From Pseudomonadota bacterium (GTDB lineage: Bacteria > Pseudomonadota > Gammaproteobacteria > Nevskiales > Nevskiaceae): DNA of 64,000 nt. Location: contig JAZKEM010000040.1 in assembly GCA_040387055.1 (NCBI GenBank), forward strand, positions 6 through 64,005, in the 5' to 3' direction. Under the pieces are notes generated by a model, which ran no database searches, was not told the origin of the DNA, and saw only the letters and a program-made list of their open reading frames with translations. Below are positions 1 through 6,859 of the stretch, one piece after another; within the stretch, counting starts at the first letter, position 1; each line of letters starts with the position of its first letter. The position numbers were made by a program, and so were the translations under genes.

Positions 1-2
1 TA

Positions 3-51
3 ACTGGTGCCGAAAAGAGGAATCGAACCTCCGACCTACTGATTACGAATT
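3..51 (-). repeat. att direct-repeat copy 1: 3' portion (anticodon loop to CCA) of a tRNA-Thr(CGU) gene, 5' half absent
   Basis: Reverse complement reads AATTCGTAATCAGTAGGTCGGAGGTTCGATTCCTCTTTTCGGCACCAGT. It shows anticodon loop TTCGTAA (CGT), T-arm GGAGG-TTCGATT-CCTCT, and acceptor 3' strand TTTCGGC plus ACCA. Bases 52-80 cannot form a D-arm or 5' acceptor strand. The identical 49 bp recur at 4515..4563. Confidence 0.85.
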
Positions 52-143
52 GGTCTTTGGTAAAACCGCTGCAATGGAATCAACACCTTGCAACGCTCGC
101 AACAGCCAAAACCAGCTTAAAAAGGCGGCGGAAGATATAACAA

Positions 144-162
144 TGGCTACGTTTTGGCTACG
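144..162 (+). repeat. 19-bp TGGCTACGTTTTGGCTACG (two GGCTACG units 11 bp apart); candidate arm-type integrase site, left arm
   Basis: Exact 19-bp copy of 4439..4457 in the same orientation. It lies 92 bp inside the element from att copy 1. Confidence 0.4.
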
Positions 163-175
163 TACACCGGTAGTT

Positions 176-589
176 TTATTTGCGTGACGAAGTGGATTTT
201 ATTTTCTTACTTTTTTTTGCGGCAACGGCACTAGTGATCGGTGTAAGAGGCTTGGAATTTTTGTGTGCTTCTAATATCTGATTAAGCGCCGAGCCCAATT
301 GTGCATGGGCTGCTAATAAGGACGGTGTGTTATTGGCAAAACTTGCACCGATATTAGCGACGTATTCAATGAGAGCTTGGGTAGGGATAACGATCGTGGC
401 TGCTGCAACACGCTGCTCGGATTCCGTCGACGTTGCCGTAACGACTACACGATGAAAAACAATTTTGCTTATCAGAGGACCCGATAAGGTTTTAGATATT
501 CCGTCCACATAGACTTCGGGCATGTTGTCCGGATATGTGATGTCAAAATTCGCGCCAGGTTCACGCGCTTTTTCTGTCATGCGAGACAT
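176..589 (-). CDS. Hypothetical protein, third gene of the mqsR-mqsA-like operon (137 aa)
   Basis: ORF begins 10 nt after the MqsA-like stop and is preceded by AGGA. No motif recognised. The C-terminus is Lys/Ser-rich. Confidence 0.6.
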   Translation of the reverse strand: MSRMTEKAREPGANFDITYPDNMPEVYVDGISKTLSGPLISKIVFHRVVVTATSTESEQRVAAATIVIPTQALIEYVANIGASFANNTPSLLAAHAQLGSALNQILEAHKNSKPLTPITSAVAAKKSKKIKSTSSRK

Positions 590-599
590 GTGCTGATCC

Positions 600-1199
600 T
601 CAGTTTATTGAAATTGGTTGCGGCACAAAAGGCGTATTCGCATGCACATTCAATAGTTGTAGCAATTGTTCATGGTCTTGTGAGCTTTTCTGTTCATAGA
701 CCTTCGCTGCTGCTTTGACTGGTTGATTGTGCGCAGCCCAAATCAGACTGTATTGCGAGGAAACAATCGTGGGCGTAATTTTTAGAGTAACGCTATATTT
801 TTTTGCTAGCTCTACAGTTGCTTGATCGCTATTAATTACGGCGAACAAAAGACGAGCCGTAGGGCCTGATGGAGTGAGTGCAGCATTCTCATACTTACTG
901 AATGCGGTTGGACCGACGCCCAAAAACATGCCTGCAATGTGTTGGGTAAGGCCCCAGCGATCGCGCCATGCTTTTAGTTCGCTCGGCGATGGCACGCCAA
1001 GGTGTTTATTTTTTGCAGCAATCGCCGCGCGCTTATTAATAGTTGATTGATCAGCGGACAAGATTTCGCTGCCGCACTTATTGCACGTAGAGAAATGTGA
1101 CTCATAGCTCAGAGTGGCACCATCTAGCTCAAAGCTGGCCACTTCAGAGGTCTCAGTTAGATGGCCTGAGCCACACACTGGGCATTCATTACGATTCAT
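600..1199 (-). CDS. mqsA: MqsA-family antitoxin (N-terminal zinc ribbon + XRE-type HTH) with a ~65-aa C-terminal extension
   Basis: CPVCGSG...CNKCGSE zinc-ribbon pairs are followed by LTQHIAGMFLGVGPTAFSKYENAALTPSGPTARLL, which matches the MqsA HTH pattern (LTQ..A..FGGG.NAFSRYE). The gene lies immediately downstream of the MqsR-like gene. It is 199 aa versus ~131 aa for E. coli MqsA. Confidence 0.8.
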   Translation of the reverse strand: MNRNECPVCGSGHLTETSEVASFELDGATLSYESHFSTCNKCGSEILSADQSTINKRAAIAAKNKHLGVPSPSELKAWRDRWGLTQHIAGMFLGVGPTAFSKYENAALTPSGPTARLLFAVINSDQATVELAKKYSVTLKITPTIVSSQYSLIWAAHNQPVKAAAKVYEQKSSQDHEQLLQLLNVHANTPFVPQPISIN

Positions 1200-1206
1200 T
1201 GTTGAA

Positions 1207-1674
1207 TTACGTATTTGATGGATGAAAGGAAAAGATTAATAAAACTTTGCCTGTGAGTGAGACAGCAAATTTTATATACAGATCTATTCGACATGGCGGA
1301 TCGCAGCTCGTATCTAGGTGATTCGGAATGCAGTACCCGTCGCAGGCTGCCCAATTTCCGTGGTTGTCCTCACACCAAGCGGAAGATAAATAATCTTTCT
1401 GTCTAAGCTTTTGGATGGCATTAAAAGTGTCATTAATATCCCACCCCCACTTTGCTAAGTCTTGGCGGCATCCTTTGGTGAATGCATTTAACTTATCGAC
1501 AGTGAAATGTTGTTGAACGACTTCAAGTTTGTAGATTGGCTTTCGCCCGATATTTCTAGAGATTCTCGATGATCCCTTGCCAAAAGCGGGCATCACCGGC
1601 CAGAAATTTACCACAAAGGTAAGTTGTTCTGGTATCGGAGGCGGGGATTTCAGCTTATTGGTCGGTTTGGGCAT
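1207..1674 (-). CDS. mqsR: MqsR-family toxin (ribosome-independent mRNA interferase family); alternative start at 1593
   Basis: The C-terminal ...DLYIKFAVSLTGKVLLIFSFHPS resembles the MqsR ...VYLKITVIHDVLIVSFKEK. A central DLAKWGWDINDTFNAIQKLRQKDY resembles MqsR ELGLDFDGMCNVIIGLSESDFY. Toxin-first gene order is as in mqsRA. Confidence 0.7.
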   Translation of the reverse strand: MPKPTNKLKSPPPIPEQLTFVVNFWPVMPAFGKGSSRISRNIGRKPIYKLEVVQQHFTVDKLNAFTKGCRQDLAKWGWDINDTFNAIQKLRQKDYLSSAWCEDNHGNWAACDGYCIPNHLDTSCDPPCRIDLYIKFAVSLTGKVLLIFSFHPSNT

Positions 1675-1781
1675 CTGATCGGCTATAGCCGGACTCTATC
1701 GATCCGGTCTGGTATTGAAGCGTTACATACTGTTCTTGAGGTTGCTAGTCTGATTTCGAGTTGTCCCTGTAGTCCACAACC

Positions 1782-1850
1782 CGAAGCCCGCGCGGCGGTG
1801 AGGCCGTAAGGAATCACCGTACCGCTGCGCGGGTCGCTTCGTAGAAGCGA
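1782..1850. other. Long imperfect hairpin (1782..1841, ~20 bp stem with bulges); an alternative 7-bp hairpin TCGCTTC-GTA-GAAGCGA (1834..1850) shares its 3' end
   Basis: CGAAGCCCGCGCGGCGGTGA ... TCACCG(TA)CCGC(T)GCGCGGG(TCG)CTTCG pair as read directly. The region is non-coding and lies between the TA operon and rep. Confidence 0.55.
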
Positions 1851-1942
1851 GGCTGTGGGCCCACTGGGGCAACAAACTGTGATTTGACCGCGCATGAGAA
1901 TTTGTGGTTTTATTAAGTCATCGCAAGTAGCGATAACAGCAC

Positions 1943-2078
1943 GCCCGGCACATAGGGCGCAAAATGGCATTAAGCCAAAAATGAGAAGCCCGACATAGGG
2001 CAGTACTGATAGGCACAAAGCCTGAATCTCTAGCCCGAAATAGAAGGGCACTACCCCAAAGCAAAGCCCGATAAGGGA
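1943..2078 (+). repeat. Four iteron-like direct repeats GCCCG-N-ATA-N-AGGG(C)
   Basis: GCCCGGCACATAGGGC (1943..1958), GCCCGACATAGGGC (1988..2001), GCCCGAAATAGAAGGGC (2033..2049) and GCCCGATAAGGGA (2066..2078). Each is internally palindromic (GCCC..GGGC) and they are spaced 33-45 bp apart, upstream of the rep gene. Confidence 0.6.
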
Positions 2079-2198
2079 ACTACGATGGCCTGCCGCCCGT
2101 ATGCGCTGATTTAAGCAGCGATAGCAAGGCATGACGCCTGAAGGAATTTATATGAACCAATCGCCTATCAACGCGATGGAGTCGTAGCGCCTCTGCGT

Positions 2199-2226
2199 GT
2201 GACTCCTCGCAACAATTTGGAGTCAC
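2199..2226 (+). promoter_or_regulatory. Inverted repeat GTGACTCC-N12-GGAGTCAC overlapping the rep ribosome-binding site
   Basis: 8-bp perfect arms at 2199..2206 and 2219..2226. The right arm contains the GGAG 8 nt upstream of the rep ATG (2231). Confidence 0.5.
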
Positions 2227-2230
2227 AGCT

Positions 2231-3232
2231 ATGTCACCGCAAGAACACGCGCAGCCGTGGGAGCACGGCGAGCGCAAGGATGAGCACGCCGCGCACACCA
2301 CGGCGCAGCAGGACCCCCGTTTAGTAACACGGGGGGAAACTCACATAGAGGATGCAAGAGCAATTCCAGCGTTAGCTCATATCGACTGGTTTTCGCTAAC
2401 CGTTACATGCCCCTTCCAAGAAAATAATCTGGAATGGATCACGCCTTTTGTAGAAACCCTATTTGGCATTGCTCGAAGTGAGTGGAGATTTGCTGGATAC
2501 GGTTGGCAGGGATATCGAGAGCGCGTCGATTTAGCGGATTGTGGGCTACTCGCCTTTGGAGGGGAGAGGCAGCGCGGGACAGTCCACATTTCTCTCAATG
2601 CAATGGGATGCTTCCGCGTCAAAGACTGGTGTGCTGTTCGCGTATTTGGTGAAACCTACGAAGCCAGAATTACCCGTATCGATTTAGCGCATGACGATTT
2701 TGATGGTGTGACACTGAACGTCGAACGTGCAATGCAATGGCGACGTGAGGGCGGATTTGATCTCAATGGCAGACCTGCGAACGCTCGTTATATTGATGAC
2801 TTCGATAGTGGTGATGGAAAAACGCTCTACATCGGTAAGCGTCAAAACGGGAAGCTCTGCCGTGTTTACGAAAAAGGACGGCAGCTTGGGGGGCACCTTT
2901 TGCCGCATTGGTGTCGTGCAGAGGTGGAGCTTCGCAACAAGGGCAGGGTGATTCCTTGGGATGTTCTGACTAAGCCCGGCAATTACTTGGCAGGTGCTTA
3001 TCCCTGCTTCGCATATCTGAGTTTGGAGCAATGCAAGCTCAAGACAACACAGAAGCAGCTTGAAGTCAGCTACGCGCACATGGTTCACAACATCCGGAAC
3101 GGCTCTGGGCGTGGGTTGAATGTGATGCTGCAAATGCATCAAGGCGATAGCGGCGGGGTGCTCTTAGACGTCCTTAGAGAGGGCAAGCCAAAACGCTTGG
3201 CATCTATCCCGACGCCTAACCTGAAGCCATGA
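2231..3232 (+). CDS. Rep_trans-family (pT181 RepC / CTXphi RstA type) rolling-circle replication initiator
   Basis: Motifs IDWFSLTV, ITRIDLAHDDF, TLYIGKRQNGKLCRVYEKG and RAEVELRNK match the remembered Rep_trans pattern (R.DlA.D / yiG...s...riYdK / R.E.el). Confidence 0.75.
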   Translation: MSPQEHAQPWEHGERKDEHAAHTTAQQDPRLVTRGETHIEDARAIPALAHIDWFSLTVTCPFQENNLEWITPFVETLFGIARSEWRFAGYGWQGYRERVDLADCGLLAFGGERQRGTVHISLNAMGCFRVKDWCAVRVFGETYEARITRIDLAHDDFDGVTLNVERAMQWRREGGFDLNGRPANARYIDDFDSGDGKTLYIGKRQNGKLCRVYEKGRQLGGHLLPHWCRAEVELRNKGRVIPWDVLTKPGNYLAGAYPCFAYLSLEQCKLKTTQKQLEVSYAHMVHNIRNGSGRGLNVMLQMHQGDSGGVLLDVLREGKPKRLASIPTPNLKP

Positions 3233-3591
3233 GCACGCTCACCCTGCAACAGGCTGCGGCGCTGCTCTTGATTCACCAAGAAACACTGGCCGAACGGGCA
3301 AGGCTGCGCCTTATTCCCGGCGCCAAAATTGGTAAGAGATGGGTGTTCGTGGAGGCAGACTTACTGGCCTATCTGCGCGCACAATACGAACCGCGAGCGT
3401 TGCAGGGTGACAACCCGGAGAAATCTACATGTCACTCTACAAACGAAAGGACTCATCGGTATGGTGGGTCAAGCTCTCACACAAGGGTCGCCGCTTGCAG
3501 GAAAGCACTGGGACTTCCGATAAACGAAAGGCTCAAGAATTCCACGACAAGCGAAAATCTGAACTGTGGGAACAAGAACGACTCGGTGTAA
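3229..3591 (+). CDS. Excisionase/AlpA-like helix-turn-helix protein
   Basis: LTLQQAAALLLIHQETLAERARLRLIPGAKIGKRWVFVEADLLAYL fits the excisionase-family HTH pattern (..iGr.w.f....l..wl). ATGA overlap with the rep stop. The 3' 163 nt overlap the integrase ORF in another frame. Confidence 0.6.
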   Translation: MSTLTLQQAAALLLIHQETLAERARLRLIPGAKIGKRWVFVEADLLAYLRAQYEPRALQGDNPEKSTCHSTNERTHRYGGSSSHTRVAACRKALGLPINERLKNSTTSENLNCGNKNDSV

Positions 3592-4472
3592 AGCCAAGTC
3601 ATATGTGGGAAGAAGCGGTACTGCGATATCTGGACGAGAGCGGTCACAAGGCAAGTATCAAGGATGACAAGCTGCACCTTCGTTGGTTGCAGAAGCACCT
3701 TGAATCTTCCGACCTAGCATCGATCAATCGGGACGTCGTAGACCGTCTGACACGAATAGCGAAAGCTGAACGTGTAAGCAATGCAACAGTGAATCGGCGT
3801 CTAGCGGTGTTACGGGCGATTCTTCGGCGAGCGGCGTTCGATTGGGAATGGATGGATCGGTGTCCCAAAGTTCGCCTCCTGCCAGAAGCAAAAGGCCGTG
3901 TGCGCTTTCTGACGCCGCCTGAGGCTCAACGGCTGCTTAAAGAGTTGCCGGAACATCTCAGGGCGATGGCAGGTTTTTCACTTTGTACGGGATTGCGACA
4001 GGCGAACGTCAAAGGCTTGAAGTGGTCACAGGTGGATATGGAGCGGGGTTTTGCTTGGGTCGCGGCACACGAAGCCAAGGCAGGGAAGGGAATTGCGGTT
4101 CCTCTCAATGCCGACGCTTTAAAGGTGCTCCGATCAGTGGAAGGCAAACACGCCGACTACGTATTCACCTATCAGGGCAAGCCGATCCGACAGGTCGGCA
4201 CCAAAGCATGGCGCGGGGCGTTAAAGCGAGCGGAGATTGAGAATTTTCGCTGGCACGACCTTCGACACACTTGGGCCAGCTGGCATGTACAAAGTGGCAC
4301 GCCGACGTATGCGCTTCAGGAGTTAGGCGGGTGGGCGAGTACAGAGATGGTGAGGCGGTACGCTCATCTTTCTGCAAACCATCTGGCGAACTACGCAGAG
4401 CGTTTTGCACAAAATGCACCACTGCCTTTTGCAGATAGTGGCTACGTTTTGGCTACGGTGCCTTCGGGATAA
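3429..4472 (+). CDS. int: Tyrosine integrase (phage-integrase family) with N-terminal arm-binding type domain
   Basis: N-terminus MSLYKRKDSSVWWVKLSHKGRRLQESTGTSDKRKA is typical of this family. The C-terminus carries WHDLRHTWASW ... GGWASTEMVRRYAHL (HxxR ... Y). The gene lies adjacent to att copy 2. Confidence 0.9.
   Translation: MSLYKRKDSSVWWVKLSHKGRRLQESTGTSDKRKAQEFHDKRKSELWEQERLGVKPSHMWEEAVLRYLDESGHKASIKDDKLHLRWLQKHLESSDLASINRDVVDRLTRIAKAERVSNATVNRRLAVLRAILRRAAFDWEWMDRCPKVRLLPEAKGRVRFLTPPEAQRLLKELPEHLRAMAGFSLCTGLRQANVKGLKWSQVDMERGFAWVAAHEAKAGKGIAVPLNADALKVLRSVEGKHADYVFTYQGKPIRQVGTKAWRGALKRAEIENFRWHDLRHTWASWHVQSGTPTYALQELGGWASTEMVRRYAHLSANHLANYAERFAQNAPLPFADSGYVLATVPSG
4439..4457 (+). repeat. 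Second copy of TGGCTACGTTTTGGCTACG; candidate arm-type site inside the int 3' end
   Basis: Identical to 144..162. It lies 57 bp left of att copy 2, so in a circularised element the two copies would flank the core. Confidence 0.4.
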
Positions 4473-4479
4473 TAAAAAA

Positions 4480-4511
4480 GGCCTGCATGTTTTCGCATGC
4501 AAGCCTTTGTT
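4480..4511 (+). terminator. Rho-independent terminator after int
   Basis: GGCCTGCATG-TTTTCG-CATGCAAGCC forms a 10-position stem with 1 mismatch, followed by TTTGTT. Confidence 0.6.
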
Positions 4512-4514
4512 AAT

Positions 4515-4563
4515 ACTGGTGCCGAAAAGAGGAATCGAACCTCCGACCTACTGATTACGAATT
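4515..4563 (-). repeat. att direct-repeat copy 2 (tRNA-Thr 3' fragment), shared junction of the two elements
   Basis: 49 bp identical to 3..51. The flanking bases at 4564-4595 do not complete a tRNA. Confidence 0.85.
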
Positions 4564-4690
4564 TGGCTGTACAAGTATCAGCAAAGCTTTGATGATAAAT
4601 AATAAACGGTCTGGAACGGTTCTACAATTTACCCATTACTTCGTTTTGTTTTGCGTGGGGAGAATCTGCTTCTTTTAGCGATTGTAGACC

Positions 4691-5680
4691 TCATTTTGTC
4701 GGGTTAATTTTCTCGCGCTTGTTGTTCGTAAGGTAGATTTCCGTTGTCTTGATTGAAGCGTGTCCCGCGAACCCTTGAGCTGAGTACGCGCCACCCTGTT
4801 CTTCGATGTCATTGATCGCCGTGCGGCGCAGATCGTTGTAGGTCAGCCCGGTGATTTTCTGGGCCTTCAAGTGCTTCTTCCACATCGTCTGAAATCCGTC
4901 CTTGGTGTACGGCTCGCCTGTTCGCGTCGGGAACAGATACTCGCTGCTGGGCTTGCGCCGGAGCAGTTTCGCCTTGGCGACGCAAGCGCGCAGTGCAGGG
5001 GTCCAGACAAACAGCATCTTCTTGCCGGTGCTGTTCTTCGTTTTGCTTGGTTCGACCTCAATGCCGGCGTCGGTAATCTGCGACAGCTTCATCAGTCGGA
5101 TGTCGTGCTGACGGGCACCGATGAGTAGATCGAGTTCGGCCATGAGCGGAATCGGGCCGGGGCCCTTTAGGACTTCAGCTCTTTCGTGATCGGTGGCCAC
5201 GCGCTTACGTTTGCCAGTGCGCGGCTTCTTTACGCCGGTGCAGGGATTGGCAAGGTCAGTGAGTCCAGCACTGCGGCAGGCATTCCACGCAGCCGACAGA
5301 AAGGCGATGTGCCTGGCACCTGCGACGGTGCCATTGAACACAACCTGCATGAACTGCGCGATGTGCTTGGGCCGCACTTCCGGCAGGGTGAACCCTTCAA
5401 ATTCCTTTTTGAGCACCGCCGCACTGCGGTTGTATTCGACCATCGTGGCCGCCGATAGCTTGCCGCAACGGGACAGATACCAAGTCAACAACTTGGCCAC
5501 GGTCTGCGTGTCGTTACCGATGCCCTCAATGTCGCGGTACTGCACCAGCGCGGCAAGGTAGTCGTTCCCCAGCGGAATGTAGGGGCGTTTGCCGTCCTTG
5601 TATCCGACCCAATAGTAGCGGCCCTTTTTGAGCTGCATCTTGGGTGGCAAGTGCTTGTGCTTGGTCTTGTGTCTTCCCAT
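4691..5680 (-). CDS. int: Tyrosine integrase of the prophage
   Basis: C-terminal YNDLRRTAIND ... GHASIKTTEIYL (catalytic Arg and Tyr region). It is the first gene next to att copy 2 and shows no obvious similarity to the 3429..4472 integrase outside these motifs. Confidence 0.85.
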   Translation of the reverse strand: MGRHKTKHKHLPPKMQLKKGRYYWVGYKDGKRPYIPLGNDYLAALVQYRDIEGIGNDTQTVAKLLTWYLSRCGKLSAATMVEYNRSAAVLKKEFEGFTLPEVRPKHIAQFMQVVFNGTVAGARHIAFLSAAWNACRSAGLTDLANPCTGVKKPRTGKRKRVATDHERAEVLKGPGPIPLMAELDLLIGARQHDIRLMKLSQITDAGIEVEPSKTKNSTGKKMLFVWTPALRACVAKAKLLRRKPSSEYLFPTRTGEPYTKDGFQTMWKKHLKAQKITGLTYNDLRRTAINDIEEQGGAYSAQGFAGHASIKTTEIYLTNNKREKINPTK

Positions 5681-5681
5681 G

Positions 5682-5882
5682 TCAGGCAGCCAATGATTTC
5701 AGGTGACGTTCGCGTGGCTTTTGCTTTCCAATCATGCGCTGTTCAGCCTCGGCGCGCATGACCTTTGGGCGACCAGTCATGCCAACTTCGAATTTCCAGC
5801 CGTGGTCAGTCAGCCAGCGAATCTGGGCCGCGGCTTGGCGCCGTTCGGTCAGCTCAGCAATTTCGTCACGAGTTAAAAACAT
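5682..5882 (-). CDS. DUF4224-like small DNA-binding protein (excisionase position)
   Basis: FLTRDEIAELTERRQAAAQIRWLTDHGWKFEVGMTGRPKV fits the remembered DUF4224 pattern. The stop is 1 nt from the int start. Confidence 0.55.
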   Translation of the reverse strand: MFLTRDEIAELTERRQAAAQIRWLTDHGWKFEVGMTGRPKVMRAEAEQRMIGKQKPRERHLKSLAA

Positions 5883-5884
5883 GG

Positions 5885-6388
5885 TTACTCCATGGCTCGA
5901 AGTGCACAGCTCTCAAGCTCATCAGCCGTGGCAATCATCGCTGCCGGTTCATCATCAGGGCTGGTGCGGTCGGGGATCTCGCTGATGTTCTGGATGAAGC
6001 GATCCCACCATTCGGGCAGCTTTGGGTCATTCATCGCGGCTACTGAGGATTTCTCGGTAGATGGCTTATCGCAAGTGCATGGGCGACAGAACCAATCTTC
6101 ACATTGATACGTCCCTTCAACTGCCGAGGAATCCTCGGTAGCTCGCCCCATTTTGTTAGCGTCAACAAAATGGTCTGGCTCACCCTTCACCCCGCCATCA
6201 GCAGCGGGGGAGGCTGACTTTTCGGCAGTATCGGCAAGCTCTAGCAGCCAATTAACCCATTCTTGGCGCTGCCAGAAACACGGCTCATCGTCGCCTTCAA
6301 TTTTGATTTGATGGGCGCGGCCTCGGTTAATAGACCTGACTGCGCTAATCAGATCAGCAATAGCTTCATCCGGTAGTGTTTTGCTCAT
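5885..6388 (-). CDS. Hypothetical acidic protein (167 aa)
   Basis: Long ORF whose start overlaps the upstream stop (ATGA). No motif recognised. Confidence 0.6.
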   Translation of the reverse strand: MSKTLPDEAIADLISAVRSINRGRAHQIKIEGDDEPCFWQRQEWVNWLLELADTAEKSASPAADGGVKGEPDHFVDANKMGRATEDSSAVEGTYQCEDWFCRPCTCDKPSTEKSSVAAMNDPKLPEWWDRFIQNISEIPDRTSPDDEPAAMIATADELESCALRAME

Positions 6389-6567
6389 TCGTCTGCCGTC
6401 CAGTAGCTGAGTTCTTCGTAAAGCGCGTCGATGGGCGTGTCGCCGTCATTGAACGCGGTGTCGTCGGCCGTAGCCATGTGCCATGCGAGTCTTGGCGTGC
6501 AGTGCATTACGTACATCGCGGCGATGGCGTAGCGGATACGCCACCAGAACAACAGAATCGCGGTCAT
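6385..6567 (-). CDS. Hypothetical small protein (60 aa)
   Basis: ATGA overlaps with neighbouring ORFs at both ends. Confidence 0.45.
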   Translation of the reverse strand: MTAILLFWWRIRYAIAAMYVMHCTPRLAWHMATADDTAFNDGDTPIDALYEELSYWTADE

Positions 6568-6701
6568 TTTCCACCTCTGAGAGGATTTGGTTTAGTCGTA
6601 CCGCAGCGATGGCAGCGCCAGACTTTGTGGCCCTTTTGCCAACTGCGATCGTTGTGCACTTCGCACCGGGTCAGGTACCGGCTGTGCCATTTCTTGCTCA
6701 T
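6564..6701 (-). CDS. Small Cys/His protein, 45 aa (below ORF-track cutoff)
   Basis: Hand translation gives MSKKWHSRYLTRCEVHNDRSWQKGHKVWRCHRCGTTKPNPLRGGK. ATGA overlaps at both ends (6698-6701 and 6564-6567). It has a C..H / CxxC pattern. Confidence 0.45.
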   Translation of the reverse strand: MSKKWHSRYLTRCEVHNDRSWQKGHKVWRCHRCGTTKPNPLRGGK

Positions 6702-6859
6702 GAGTCGAATGCCTCTTTAATCAGAGATTCGAAACGGTTCCACGCATAGTCGAAATCAAAGCGAACCCACAGGATGATGAAAACCCCTGCTACGGCCGCG
6801 CTGCTGGTGATAAGCAAAAGGCAAATAAAGAAGTCGAGAAACTTATTCATGGATCTCAT
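6698..6859 (-). CDS. Small single-pass membrane protein (53 aa from MRSMNKF...)
   Basis: Hydrophobic stretch FFICLLLITSSAAVAGVFIILWV. GGTGAAGG lies upstream of the ATG at 6859. Confidence 0.5.
   Translation of the reverse strand: MRSMNKFLDFFICLLLITSSAAVAGVFIILWVRFDFDYAWNRFESLIKEAFDS

Larger units (their letters stand above)
3..4563. mobile_element. ~4.5-kb integrative element bounded by the 49-bp att repeats (integrase, Xis-like HTH, Rep_trans rolling-circle initiator, MqsR/MqsA-type cargo)
   Basis: Flanked by identical direct repeats derived from a tRNA 3' end. The integrase gene ends 43 bp before the right repeat. The gene content is a self-contained int/xis/rep module plus cargo. Confidence 0.75.

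Noticed and set aside
1-80. Possible intact tRNA gene at the window start (and at 4515..4595)
   Set aside because: Only the anticodon loop-to-CCA portion is present. The adjacent bases cannot form the anticodon 5' stem, D-arm or 5' acceptor strand. Both copies are att remnants.
1683-2301. ORFs 1683..2132 (149 aa) and 2080..2301 (73 aa) on the minus strand
   Set aside because: Both are Cys/Arg-rich with non-protein-like composition. They lie exactly over the hairpin and iteron-rich region upstream of rep, so I treat the region as non-coding origin or regulatory DNA.
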